A stretch of 64,000 bases of DNA from Eledone cirrhosa (GCA_964016885.1 OZ024758.1:13950001-14014000), one strand, 5' to 3'; positions 37,168 through 50,023 are shown, counted from the stretch's first letter. The notes: generated by a model not told the origin, from the letters alone. A program made the numbers and translations.

Positions 37168-38835
37168 ACATTCTAACCCCATGCCCATACTATCGGAGCT
37201 GTGATCTCTCAATTAGGAAAAGTAACAGCTCTACATGGAGTGACTCTCTGATCTTCAAGCTACAAATCTGTCCAGTGATTCTTTCCTGAGACATTCTAAC
37301 CCCATGCCCATAGTATCAGAGCTGTGATCGCTCAATTCAGAGAAGTAGCAGCTCTACCTGGAGTGACTCTCTGATCTCCGAGCTACAAATCTGTCCAGTG
37401 ATTCTTTCCTGAGACATTCTAACCCCATGCCCATAGTATCAGAGCTGTGATCGCTCAATTCAGAGAAGTAGCAGCTCTACCTGGAGTGATTCTCTGATCT
37501 CCGAGCTACAAATCTGTCCAGTGATTCTTTCCTGAGACATTCTAACCCCATGCCCATAGTATCAGAGCTGTGATCGCTCAATTCAGAGAAGTAGCAGCTC
37601 TACCTGGAGTGACTCTCTGATCTCCGAGCTACAAATCTGTCCAGTGATTCTTTCCTGAGACATTCTAACCCCATGCCCATAGTATCAGAGCTGTGATCGC
37701 TCAATTCAGAGAAGTAGCAGCTCTACCTGGAGTGATTCTCTGATCTCCGAGCTACAAATCTGTCCAGTGATTCTTTCCTGAGACATTCTAACCCCATGCC
37801 CATAGTATCAGAGCTGTGATCGCTCAATTCAGAGAAGTAGCAGCTCTACCTGGAGTGACTCTCTGATCTCCGAGCTACAAATCTGTCCAGTGATTCTTTC
37901 CTGAGACATTCTAACCCCATGCCCATAGTATCAGAGCTGTGATCGCTCAATTCAGAGAAGTAGCAGCTCTACCTGGAGTGACTCTCTGATCTCCGAGCTA
38001 CAAATCTGTCCAGTGATTCTTTCCTGAGACATTCTAACCCCATGCCCATAGTATCAGAGCTGTGATCGCTCAATTCAGAGAAGTAGCAGCTCTACCTGGA
38101 GTGATTCTCTGATCTCCGAGCTACAAATCTGTCCAGTGATTCTTTCCTGAGACATTCTAACCCCATGCCCATAGTATCAGAGCTGTGATCGCTCAATTCA
38201 GAGAAGTAGCGGCTCTACCTGGAGTGACTCTCTGATCTCCGAGCTACAAATCTGTCCAGTGATTCTTTCCTGAGACATTCTAACTCCATGTCCATAGTAT
38301 CAGAGCTGTGATCGCTCAATTCAGAGAAGTAGCAGCTCTACCTGGAGTGACTCTCTGATCTCCGAGCTACAAATCTGTCCAGTGATTCTTTCCTGAGACA
38401 TTCTAACTCCATGTCCTTATTATCGGAGCTGTGATCGCTCAATTCAGAGAAGTAGCGGCTCTACCTGGAGTGACTCTCTGATCTCCGAGCTACAAATCTG
38501 TCCAGTGATTCTTTCCTGAGACATTCTAACCCCATGCCCATAGTATCAGAGCTGTGATCGCTCAATTCAGAGAAGTAGCAGCTCTAACTGGAGTGACTCT
38601 CTGATCTCCGAGCTACAAATCTGTCCAGTGATTCTTTCCTGAGACATTCTAACCACATGCCAATAGTATCAGAGCTGTGATCGCTCAATTTAGAGAAGTA
38701 GCGGCTCTAACTGGAGTGACTCTCTGATCTCCAAGCTACAAATCTGTCCAGTGATTCTTTCCTGAGACATTCTAACCCCATGTCCTTATTATCGGAGCTG
38801 TGATCGCTCAATTCAGATAAGTGGTGGCTCTACCA
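37168..38835 (-). repeat. Third array of the RTE-derived 123-bp unit, about 13.5 copies
   Basis: Reverse complement of the unit at 24194 and 30973. Confidence 0.9.
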
Positions 38836-39483
38836 AGTTTCTACAATTGGAAATTCAACAAAAATAAGAAATTTTGCATACATTTTTACAGTTTTGCTGA
38901 CTGAGTGAAATAGCAGCATATACATTAAACTAAATATTTTTTTCTGCCTAAAGTGTTTTTAAGCAGAAATAGAGGTGTGGTGAGGGTGAGAAAGGTGTTG
39001 ATTATAGGCAGAATATTGATCTGTGGTGGGGATGGGGAAGGTGTAGTGAGGGTGGAGAAGGTATAGATTAAAAATAAATAAAATGAATAAATAAACAATT
39101 GCCTATAATTATTCCCTATTACATCGATTTTTTGATAACTGATTTCCACAACAATACAGTCAGATTTTTTTCCCCTGTCATAGATTGCTATTTGTCTATT
39201 GTGTTGGTATTTGCAGAAAGATTTGAAGGGAGTGTTCTTCAAATATTGTATTAGAATGTGTGTGACTTTATAGATATGTGTATATATATTTGTGGTATAA
39301 TGTATATATATATATATATATATATTTGTATTTTGTCTTTTAGTTAGCTAAAATGTTCTTACTATCCTTCTTTTAAAAAGAAACCTCACTTACGTTTCTT
39401 TTCTGCAGCTGATGACTGCCATATAAATATATATACACACACACATATATATATATATACATATATATATATACACACATATT

Positions 39484-39538
<55 letters not shown>

Positions 39539-39544
39539 ATATGT

Positions 39545-39625
39545 GTATATGAAGGATGGCTGAAAATTTCATAAACTGACCAAGATACTCTCATGGAATG
39601 ACCAAATGAGGTTTATGTTTCAACA
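39545..39625. mobile_element. Possible Tc1/mariner terminal fragment
   Basis: ta-tgaaggatggctgaaaatttcata resembles mariner TIR starts (TACGAGGG...GAAAAGTT). No partner TIR was found. Confidence 0.35.
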
Positions 39626-40236
39626 CACACACACACACATATATATATTAACTGTGTGCACTCTGAACAGCTGTTTGCAGTTGTATTACTGCAATTCAGC
39701 AGATTCATTGAGTAAGCTTAAGATTGGCCGGAGACCGTTGACTTAATACCAGCGATCTTCGCTATATTTACATATACACATATATATGTGTGTGTGTGTA
39801 TATATGTATATATGTATGTATATATCAGAATGAAGGTGGTAAAAACCAGTTAGACTATTACTCACCAGAGTACTCAATACTTTGGGTATTGGATCTAGCT
39901 GTTGAAATGGCCGGAGCTCAGCTGCTGGGGTCCCGAATTTTTCATATCATCATCATCATCACCGTTTTACGTCTATTCTTCCATGATAGCATGGGTTAGA
40001 TGTGTTGTCCTGTTGTGGTCAGGTGACCTTGTCTTACTCATACAGGAACTGATTTTGGCTGGATGCCCTTCCTAACACCAACCTTATTTACAGTGTGGGC
40101 TGGGTGCTTTTTTGTCGTGACACCTCCACGACCACTTTGCAGTGGGAGGGGGTGAGGGCATATTGCCTGTAAGCTTCATATATATATATATATGAAGAAG
40201 AGAGGAGGCTGTGTAGTTGCTGGAAGGTATACTTAG

Positions 40237-40457
40237 CCCTTTAGCATTCAAACCGGCCATATCCGGCCAGAAATGTTTCACCTCTTTCTGTTCAAATCGG
40301 CTGTAACTGGCCGCTTATACTGATGTTAAGGTATTGTTCTCAAGATAAATAACATAAAAATCTCATAGATTTGATATTATATGAGATAATTATGTAAGAT
40401 AAAGTGTTTACTACCAAAATACAATAGTATATATAGAGTAATGTGAATGCTAAAGGG
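40237..40457 (-). mobile_element. MITE M1 monomer
   Basis: ttag|CCCTTTAGCATTC...GAATGCTAAAGGG|ttaa. The internal sequence matches the other M1 copies. Confidence 0.85.
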
Positions 40458-41316
40458 TTAAAAATATGAAGAAAGCATGAACGGGAGAAAGTTTTCCTTC
40501 ATCAGTTGTCTGCTGGGGGTCTCGGATATTTCTATGCATTAAAGACAAGATATCTTAACCCCCAGTGCGTTCAATAACTAAGGCAAGTTATTGTGAAAAC
40601 AAAGGAGGGAGTGAAAGAAAATATAGGATAACAGAAAGGAAAAGGAAAGAAAAGAGAAAAACAGCAAAAACAAAAAAACACGAAACAACAAACCAAAGAG
40701 GGAAACTCGGAGATAAGTGTGTGGGCAACTCGGAGAGAGAAAATTAAAGTCCATGACGATTGCCGAGCATAAGTTCGAGATTGTGCGGGGGGAGAAAAAA
40801 GACACATCTGACCTCTGCAAGTGTAAGTGAGAAAAAGACTGCTAGAGGGACAGGCGAGGGGAAACAATGGGGTGGCTAGCAAAGAGAGGGTGATATATAT
40901 AGTGATGGGTGCATATGGGGGGCGGGGGGAGTTATAACTATCGTTACAATTATCTAGAACTTATTCAACGCTAGCGCCACAAACTTCATTTCACAAGGAA
41001 ATGGTGTTACTTCACATTGTAAGCGCCCCACCCGACCCAACCCTGATTGTAATCCCGCCCCCCCTACCCCATCCCACCCTGCATCAGTTGTTGCTGCATC
41101 ACTTTCCTCTTCTCCTCTCTATCACGGCATCACCACTCTATTAAAATAATTAATACACTGCTATCTGTTATCAATGACTCAAATTCTTCCATACTTGCCA
41201 GTAGAATTGGTAAAGGAATTCTGATGACTTAGTGTCACATGACCTTATTGTCTTCTTCATGAGCAGTAGGTCAAAGAACTGTACTTAGATGATATATATA
41301 TATGCATACATACTTT

Positions 41317-41372
<56 letters not shown>

Positions 41373-41451
41373 CTTTTATATATATATATATAGCTTGGAA
41401 GGTGTACGTTAAACGATGATGATGATGATGATTATATATATATATATGGAA

Positions 41452-41643
41452 TGGCGGTGGATTGGCAGTATCGGTGGAGGGTCGGACGCCATGCTTTCCA
41501 GCATAGAGTTACGTCCCTTTACAATCTGATTTCAAATCCCGCCGAGGTTAACTTTGCCTTTCATCCTTACGGGGTCGAAAAAATAAAGTACCAGTAATGC
41601 ACTGGGTAATTGCTGGCCTTGTGCCTAAAGTAGAAACAATTAT
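41452..41643 (+). mobile_element. SINE A
   Basis: Full head (ggcggtggattggcagtatcgg), core and tail. Confidence 0.85.
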
Positions 41644-41705
41644 ATATACATATATATATATATATATTATATTATATTATATATATATATATATATATAT
41701 TATAT

Positions 41706-41742
<37 letters not shown>

Positions 41743-42439
41743 TATATATATATATATATTATATTACATTATATATATATATATATATATTATATTACAT
41801 TATATATATATATATATATATTATATTACATTATATATATATATATATATATTATATTACATTATATATACATATATATATTATATTATATTATATATAT
41901 ATATATTATATTATATATATATATATTAAATATATCATAAATTATTGATGAAATGTATAAATTTACATATAATGATGAAGATGATAGTGGTATTGATGGA
42001 AATGATGGCAGTGTTGGTAATCACCACCACCACCATCACTACCATCACCACCACTACCACCACCACCACTATTGTTATTTGTAACTACATTTATTTATAA
42101 TATAAAACTGTTTGTCAGTGAGAGAAACCTTAAGAATTCTGAGATATAATTTTTACTGAATATCTATCTGAATATAAGTCTTTAGAAACACACATATAAG
42201 CACACACATTCACACATACACATATATATATGCACACACACATACACATATGCACACACATACGCACACTAGCTGCTGCTTCTTCATTACAAAAAAAAAC
42301 ATAAAATGATATATTTCCAATTCATCTTGTCTAATTCTAAATTGAACTGTTGTTCAGTTTTTCAACAATGTATTCATATATTTTGTGATATTTAGTAATA
42401 TTAAAGTATTATTTCTTCATATTCAGATATCATAAACTC

Positions 42440-43234
42440 ACATATTTTCATATATATTGTTATACTTGGGGAGGGTCATATTTGTGTAATAATATTGCCA
42501 GAATTAATAACAGAACACACTCACTGTTTGGTTGGTTTTCGCTTTTCGCTTCTGTGTCTTTTATATCGGTTAATTTAATTTATTCGGTCCTCAATGTTAC
42601 CATTGACTGACCAACGGTCAAAAATACAGATACAATATAGACACAAACACATATATATATAGTCTAACAAAGTTCTTTCGTTGCACATCTGCAACATCGT
42701 CAGTGGTGCTATTATGTTTCCTCCCGTTGTATTGTATGCCTACGCCATCTTTATTTAGTGTTTTTTATTGTTTTTTTTTGTTTTTTTTTTGTCTTCTCTG
42801 CGCATGTGTTTGCGTGTGTGTATAGTGTTTTGTTTGATGTGTGTTCGTGTTTGGGTGACTGTGTATTGGTTATTGTATTCTATCTTAGTTTACTAGTGTG
42901 TGTGTGTATATGTGTTTGTTGTTATTGTGCTTGTGTATGTATTGATTTATTTATTTATACTTCTCTTAGGTCAGTGTTGTTTGTTTGGGTGTTGTTGTTA
43001 TTCCATTCATTTTTTTCTGTTTAGCTTTGGCCTTCTAAGTTCTATTTCGCTGGCCTCTCTGATTTGCTTATCTGCTGGGTCATTTCTATGTTTAGATATT
43101 ATTCTAATTTCTATGTTGTCTATGTTACCGTTGTGTTGTTGTCTGGCATGTTCGTATAGTACTGAACCGTTTTATCGTCCTTTTAGTTCCCCCCAGTGTT
43201 GGTCTATCTTTTCACCTATGCTACGAGCTGTCTA
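42440..43234 (-). mobile_element. Penelope-like retroelement 3' remnant: decayed GIY-YIG endonuclease C-terminus plus 3' region with a hammerhead
   Basis: Minus-strand frame TARSIGEKIDQHWGELKGR*NGSVLYEHARQQHNGNIDNIEIRIISKHRNDPADKQIREASEIELRRPKLNRK fits the PLE GIY-YIG tail pattern (TxRxxxxRxxEH...SxxxEH...H...RxxxExxxI...PxLN). An HHR-like motif lies downstream on the same strand at 42663-42712. Confidence 0.75.
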
Positions 43235-43320
43235 ATTTTCTAAACTAATGTTACTAAATCACTAACAGTAAAGAACAACTAAATTGATTCAATGCTTCTA
43301 TTATTTGCTGTTTAGCCCTA

Positions 43321-44302
43321 GGTGAACCCACAGTGTAGAGAGCCAGATTGAGGACAAGTAGGGGGGAACCCACAGTGTAGAGAGCCAGATTGAGGACAAG
43401 TAGGGGTGAACCCACAGTGTAGAGAGCCAGATTGAGGACAAGTAGGGGGGAACCCACAGTGTAGAGAGCCAGATTGAGGACAAGTAGGGGGGAACCCACA
43501 GTGTAGAGAGCCAGATTGAGGACAAGTAGGGGGGAACCCACAGTGTAGAGAGCCAGATTGAGGACTAGTAGGGGGGAACCCACAGTGTAGAGCCAGATTG
43601 AGGACCAGTAGGGGGGGGGGCACAGTGTAGAGAGCCAGATTGAGGACCAGTAGGGGGGAACCCACAGTGTAGAGAGCCAGATTGAGGACCAGTAGGGGGG
43701 AGCACAGTGTAGAGAGCCAGATTGAGGACCAGTAGGGGGGGGACCCACGGTGTAGAGAGCCAGATTGAGGACCAGTAGGGGGGGAACCCACAGTGTAGAG
43801 AGCCAGATTGAGGACCAGTAGGGGGGAACCCACAGTGTAGAGAGCCAGATTGAGGACCAGTAGAGGGGAACCCACAGTGTAGAGAGCCAGATTGAGGACC
43901 AGTAGGGGGAACCCACAGTGTAGAGAGCCAGATTGAGGACCAGTAGGGGGGAACCCACAGTGTAGAGAGCCAGATTGAGGACCAGTAGGGAGGAACCCAG
44001 AGTGTAGAGAGCCAGATTGAGGACCAGTAGGGGGGAACCCACAGTGTAGAGAGCCAGATTGAGGACCAGTAGGGGGGAACCCACAGTGTAGAGAGCCAGA
44101 TTGAGGACCAGTAGGGGGGAACCCACAGTGTAGAGAGCCAGATTGAGGACCAGTAGGGGGGAACCCACAGTGTAGAGAGCCAGATTGAGGACCAGTAGGG
44201 GGGGGGCACAGTGTAGAGAGCCAGATTGAGGACCAGTAGGGGGGGACCCACGGTGTAGAGAGCCAGATTGAGGACCAGTAGGGGGGACCCCAGAGTGTAG
44301 AG
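43321..44302. repeat. Minisatellite, 42-bp unit, about 23 copies
   Basis: ggggggaacccacagtgtagagagccagattgaggaccagta repeated. Confidence 0.95.
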
Positions 44303-44967
44303 GGCCCCAGACTCTACCCAAGTCAAGCCCCCCACCCCCCACCCCACCCGTTCCCTATCTCCCAGGTTTCTCATCAGCTGTCATTATTTACAACAGTGAT
44401 GTTTATCTTATCTAATCTTTTAAAACTTAAAAGATATAAAGTAAATTAAAAATTCTATATTACCTAACCAAAAGCTGTTTGGTGTGTCTGGTGGGTGTGT
44501 GGTGACTACATGTGCATGTGTGTGGTGGGTGTATAGTGGTGACTATGTGTGTGTGTATGGTATATGAGTGGTGTGTGTGTGGTGTAGGAGCTATGTTTAT
44601 TGTAGAAAGAGAGAGAAGGGTGCCAAAGACCCATAAAAGAGGAGGGAGGAGGTGGGGGCAGAGGGGGTAAATTGTTGAGCAGGATTTATTAGGGTTATGA
44701 TAATAAAGACATGAAGAGAGATGGGTGGAGATAGATAGATAGATAGAGAGTGAAGAGAGAGATAGAGTTAGAGAGAGGGGGATAAGAGAGAGATAGAGTT
44801 AGAGAGAGGGGGATAAGAGAGAGATAGAGAGTGAAGAGAGAGAGGGATAAGAGAGTAATAATATTTGTTTAATATTTCTTAACTGCCCCATTACTCCGAT
44901 GATTCACTGATAAATCTGATTACTTCAGTTTCTCAACTCTGATGACACTAATAATAATAATAATAAT

Positions 44968-45150
44968 AATTGTTTCTACTTTAGGCACAAGGCCAGCAAT
45001 TATCCAGTGCATTACTGGTACTTTATTTTATCGACCCCGTAAGGATGAAAGGCAAAGTCAACCTCGGCGGGATTTGAACTCAGATCGTAAAGGGACGTAA
45101 CTATGCTAGAAAGCATGGCGTCCGACCCTCTATCGATACTGCCAATCCAC
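44968..45150 (-). mobile_element. SINE A
   Basis: Reverse complement of the SINE A consensus. Confidence 0.85.
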
Positions 45151-45373
45151 ATAATAATGATTTCATTTATTAGCCACAAGGTTTATAACTATATTAGCCA
45201 CATTTATTAGCCACAAGGTTTATAACTATATACCACAATATATATATATATGTGTGTATGTGTGTGTGTGTGTGTGTAGGTAGATAAGGCTTTGTGTATG
45301 TATATCAGGAATGAATGCTTAAACAAGAAAGCTTCTCACCAGAGAAGTGAATAGTCGAATTCCACTACTATAG

Positions 45374-45484
45374 GCTTTCTGATGAAGTGTAATAAATAAT
45401 TAAGTATTACATATGATTGAACAATATATATTGAAGTCAGCATTTGTAGACTATTATAGTAGACACAGAAACATATGTTAAAGC
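45374..45484 (+). ncRNA. Type-I hammerhead motif with a long stem II insertion
   Basis: gcttt-CTGATGA-a-gtgt...acac-a-GAAA-catatg-TT-aaagc. Stem I is 5 bp and stem III is the palindrome aacatatgtt. Confidence 0.6.
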
Positions 45485-45544
45485 AAATAAATTCATAATC
45501 TCTTCACGCTGATGTTTTATTTTTCTTGGTGCAATACTTGCTTT

Positions 45545-45580
<36 letters not shown>

Positions 45581-45585
45581 AAAAA

Positions 45586-45711
45586 TCAGGACCCCGACTG
45601 CTGAGCTCTGGCCATTTTGACAGCTAGATCCGAACTAAACCAGTAGTGTTAAGACGGTTTAGTTCAGATCTAGCTGTCGAAACGGCCAGAGCTCAGCCGT
45701 CGGGGTCCTGA
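45586..45711. repeat. Inverted repeat with 56-bp arms, same family as 27385-27510
   Basis: Arms 45586-45641 and 45656-45711. The shared downstream tail (tattacccactctac...cctaagtat...ggtccacctgg) matches 27310-27385 reversed. Confidence 0.85.
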
Positions 45712-45955
45712 ATCTTTTCCTATTACCCACTCTACAACCCTAAGTATCAAGTACTCTGGTGTGTTATGGTCCACCTGGTTCCTTACCATACTTTCTTTGT
45801 TAAATATATATATTTAAAGGTTAAACAAGGTTCAATGAATAAATCAATGAATAAAGTTTTACAATAGATTAGAAGCACTCCACAGGAATGGTTTTCTGGA
45901 GTTATTAATATTAATTCAAAATGTTAACAAATATAGACATCCGTGTGATCAAGTA

Positions 45956-46022
45956 TATTTTATTATACATATTTCAGAGGTGCTGAGCTATTTTCAACAG
46001 TACGTCCTCATCAGATAAAATA
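45956..46022 (-). ncRNA. Minimal type-I hammerhead ribozyme, same family as the 34.7-35.1 kb array
   Basis: Minus strand reads tattttat-CTGATGA-ggacgtactg-ttgaaaatagct-cagcacctct-GAAA-tatgta-TA-ataaaata. Confidence 0.75.
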
Positions 46023-46229
46023 AGATGATGCTTGACATACCTTGACTATGTTGATGGTTAAAATTCAGCCATGGCGGCAGTGAATAAGTTATATATTTGG
46101 TCAGAGGTAAATAATGTAATGGAGATCGAGTGACGCAGCTTCGAGCGATTAGCGACCTCTAGACTCACCTGATCAATGAAACACTTGTCAATACCTGAAA
46201 TAAAGCCAACCATGTTACTCTTCATTCTT

Positions 46230-46260
<31 letters not shown>

Positions 46261-46261
46261 C

Positions 46262-46603
46262 ATTTCATCATCATTTCATTTTACGTCCGCTTTTTCCCTG
46301 CTTGCAAGGGTGGGACGGGAACTGATTCTGGCTTGATTTCTACAGCTGGATGCCCTTCCTAACACCAACCTCATTTACAGTGAGTGCTGGGTGCGTTTTT
46401 GCCATGGCACCTCCACGACCACTTTGCAGTGGAATGATAGGGACCCCAGTCCCTATCATCTCATTTCTACAGCTGAGTAAACTGGAGCAATGTGAAATAA
46501 AGTATCTTGCTCAAGGAAACAACACATCACCCGGTCTGAGAATTGAACTCACAACCTTTCGATTGCAAGGCCAATGCTCTAACCACTAAGCCATGTGCCT
46601 CCA
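46262..46603 (-). mobile_element. SINE family B, full length
   Basis: Near-identical reverse complement of 53583-53925. Confidence 0.9.
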
Positions 46604-47639
46604 TTAGCCATGTGCCTCCATATATATATATACACACACACATTATACTAATATACTTCATAAAAACAACCAAAATATACTAAGAACAGTTCTCTGATGT
46701 AAAGGAACGCCCACAGAAGGTTTCCATGAATGTTCAGTTCCAGTGAACCTTGATCGCTGCAGGCAGGTCTTTCATGGCATTTCATAGTTTAGTTTAATTT
46801 GTGTGTGTGAGTGTGTGTGTGTGTGCAATAGCATGTGCACATGTGTGTGTGCAATATCATGCATGTGTGTGTGTGCCGTGTGTGTGCAATATCATGCGTG
46901 CATGTGCAATAGCATGTGTGTGCAATACTAGGCGTGCGTGTGTGTGTGTGTGTGCAATATGATGTGTGCATGTATGTGGGAGTTATCATGAAGTTTATTG
47001 TTCGATTAAGGGGCGTGTGTGGAGGGGGGGGAGTCTGTTGTTGTTTGTTTTTGTTGGGTTTTCTCTCCTTTCTAATTCCATGTCATGAACTTTAATTGTT
47101 CCTACCATACTGTAAAAATAAACTTTTGTTGTGGTTTTTTATCATTATTTTTATCATTATTGTTATTGGTGTAATTGTTATTATTATTATCATTATTTTT
47201 ATCATTATTATTGTTGTTATTACTGTTGTTGTTCCTTGTAAACATGTTTCCTCTCCATCACCTACACTTCCTCTTTTTCACCACAAACCAACATTTTTTT
47301 TGTGTATGTGTGTGTTTTGTCAGTTTTCATGTTTTCCGATCAAAAAATGTATGTATGAATTTATAAAGTTGTATACAGGCTTAACAACAACAACAGTAAC
47401 AACAACAACAACAGTAACAACAACAACAGTAACAACAACAACAACAACAACAGTAACAACAGCAACAACAGTAACAAAAGATAAAAATAAATTGGAAAAA
47501 ATATAAAAACGAAAATAGTAAAACCATTTGGAAATATTATTGAATAAAACTGTGCTGTGTAAATATACACGGTTGTGCTGTGTAAACATACACGGTTGTG
47601 TCTGTTTGAGAAATAAGATGGAATAAAAATATTATTGAT

Positions 47640-47830
47640 AATGGTTTCTGATTTAGGCACAAGGCCAACATTTTGAGGGAGGGGAAAGTCGATTATATCA
47701 ACCCCAGTGTGTTACTGGTACTTTATTTTATCGACCCCGTAAGGATTTGGACTCAGAACGTAAAGAGCCATAACTCTATGCCACAAAACATAGTGTCTGA
47801 TGCTCTACTGATACTGATACTCTGCCTCCC
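47640..47830 (-). mobile_element. SINE A (internally deleted)
   Basis: Reverse-complement core ctggtactttattttatcgaccccgtaaggat. Confidence 0.75.
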
Positions 47831-47859
47831 TAATAATAACAATAATAAATAAGTAAATT

Positions 47860-48813
47860 GTGTATATATATATATATATATATATATAGGATATATGTAT
47901 ATAGGATATATGTATATATAGGATATATGTATAGGATATATATATATAGGATATATGTATAGGATATATATATAGGATATATATATATATGATATATACA
48001 TATATGATATATATATAGGATATATGTATATAGGATATATATATTGGATATATATGTATATAGGATATATATATATATGATATATACATATAGAATATAT
48101 ATATTGGATATATGTATATAGGATATATATATATATTGGATATATATATATATTGGATATATATATTGGATATATATATATTGGATATATGTATATAGGA
48201 TATATATATATATAGGATATATATATATATTGGATATATGTATATAGGATATATGTATATAGGATATATATATATATTGGATATATGTATATAGGATATA
48301 TATATATATTGGATATATATGTATATAGGATATATATATATATTGGATATATGTATATAGGATATGTATATAGGATATATATATATATTGGATATATGTA
48401 TATAGGATATATATATATATTGGATATATGTATATAGGATATGTATATAGGATATATATATATATTGGATATATGTATATAGGATATATATATATATTGG
48501 ATATATGTATATAGGATATATATATATATTGGATATATGTATATAGGATATGTATATAGGATATATATATATATTGGATATATATATATAGGATATATAT
48601 ATAGGATATATATATATATATATTGGATATATGTATATAGGATATATATGTATATAGGATATATATATATAGGATATATATATATATATATTGGATATAT
48701 GTATATAGGATATATATATATATATATTGGATATATGTATATAGGATATATATATTGGATATATGTATATAGGCTATATATATATATATATATATTGGAT
48801 ATATGTATATAGG

Positions 48814-48848
<35 letters not shown>

Positions 48849-48967
48849 TATAGGATATATGTATATAGGATATATATATATATATTGGATATATATATAT
48901 ATTGGATATATATATATATTGGATATATATATATATTGGATATATGTATATAGGATATATATATATA

Positions 48968-49012
<45 letters not shown>

Positions 49013-49037
49013 ATATATGTATATAGGATATATATGT
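47860..49037. repeat. (TA)n field punctuated by tagga/ttgga
   Basis: Direct reading. Confidence 0.95.
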
Positions 49038-49054
49038 ATTGGCAGACCAGGATT

Positions 49055-49170
49055 TTCTTTGCCCTGAAGGATGATTTTAGTGAAGGAGTTGTGGCAGGAT
49101 GCATGACATGACCATACCAGGGAAGCTTCCATCTTTTCACTGTCGCAGGGAGTGAAACAGTATTATTTTT
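49055..49170 (-). mobile_element. RTE LINE fragment
   Basis: Minus-strand translation LPATVKRWKLPWYGHV...HNSFTKIILQG. Confidence 0.65.
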
Positions 49171-49931
49171 AAAAGACTCCATGTCCAACTAGACAATTTC
49201 AAAGACTTCATGAAGATTGGACTTGAATTCTTTGAATGCCCAATGACTTCTCGAATCGGTTAAAACAGTTTAGAATATTTGGCCTCCTAGCATTTTTTGT
49301 CTTAGATTTGAGTTCCTTCCATATAACATTTATGTGAGCTTGTAGGGTTTGTGTGACAGACAGATAAAAAAATGGACTACAGTTATTACGATATAGATAT
49401 AGTTGACACGACAAAAAACACCTGGCACACACTGTAAATGTAGTTGGCATTAGGAAGGGCATCCAGCTGTAGAAACCAGGCCAAAATCAGCCCCGGCTGA
49501 GTGAAACACGGTCCTCGTTCTCTCCCAAAGGGTCAGCCCATCTTACGTGGAAGATGGACATTGAACCATGATAACAATGATATTGAGTTAGTAATCTTCA
49601 GCCAGATAGCTGATAGATCACGTTGAGAGAAAGAGTTGGGGTGAAATGGTGAAGAAGAGATTACAAAACGGTGAAGAATACTGTGGAATGTGGCCTGAAA
49701 CCATCGAATCATGATTAAAATTTGATATTCTATAATTGGTTAAAATAACATTTAATTGATTTTTTTTTCTTCTTTTTACTAATTTTCTCCTCATTCTGAC
49801 AGAAATTTAAGAAGACGACCTTAGGCAGTTTTTTAACCTCTCCAATTTTAGGAGATGGTTGGATAGAGAGTTGGTGTAACCTTCTGTTAAAATTAGTTTC
49901 AAACTTCATAAGTTTATGTTGTTACGTGTGT

Positions 49932-50023
<92 letters not shown>

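Noticed and set aside
40470-40510. Minus-strand CTGATGA (gacaactgatgaagg) as a hammerhead; similar partial motifs at about 7780-7812 and 46168-46192
   Set aside because: No matching GAAA-stem III-UH with a complementary stem I could be traced.
46169-46194. Minus-strand 26-nt micro-exon (tttcag...gtgagt)
   Set aside because: It lies within a block of PLE-type ends, is not a multiple of 3 and has no partner exons. Probably chance.
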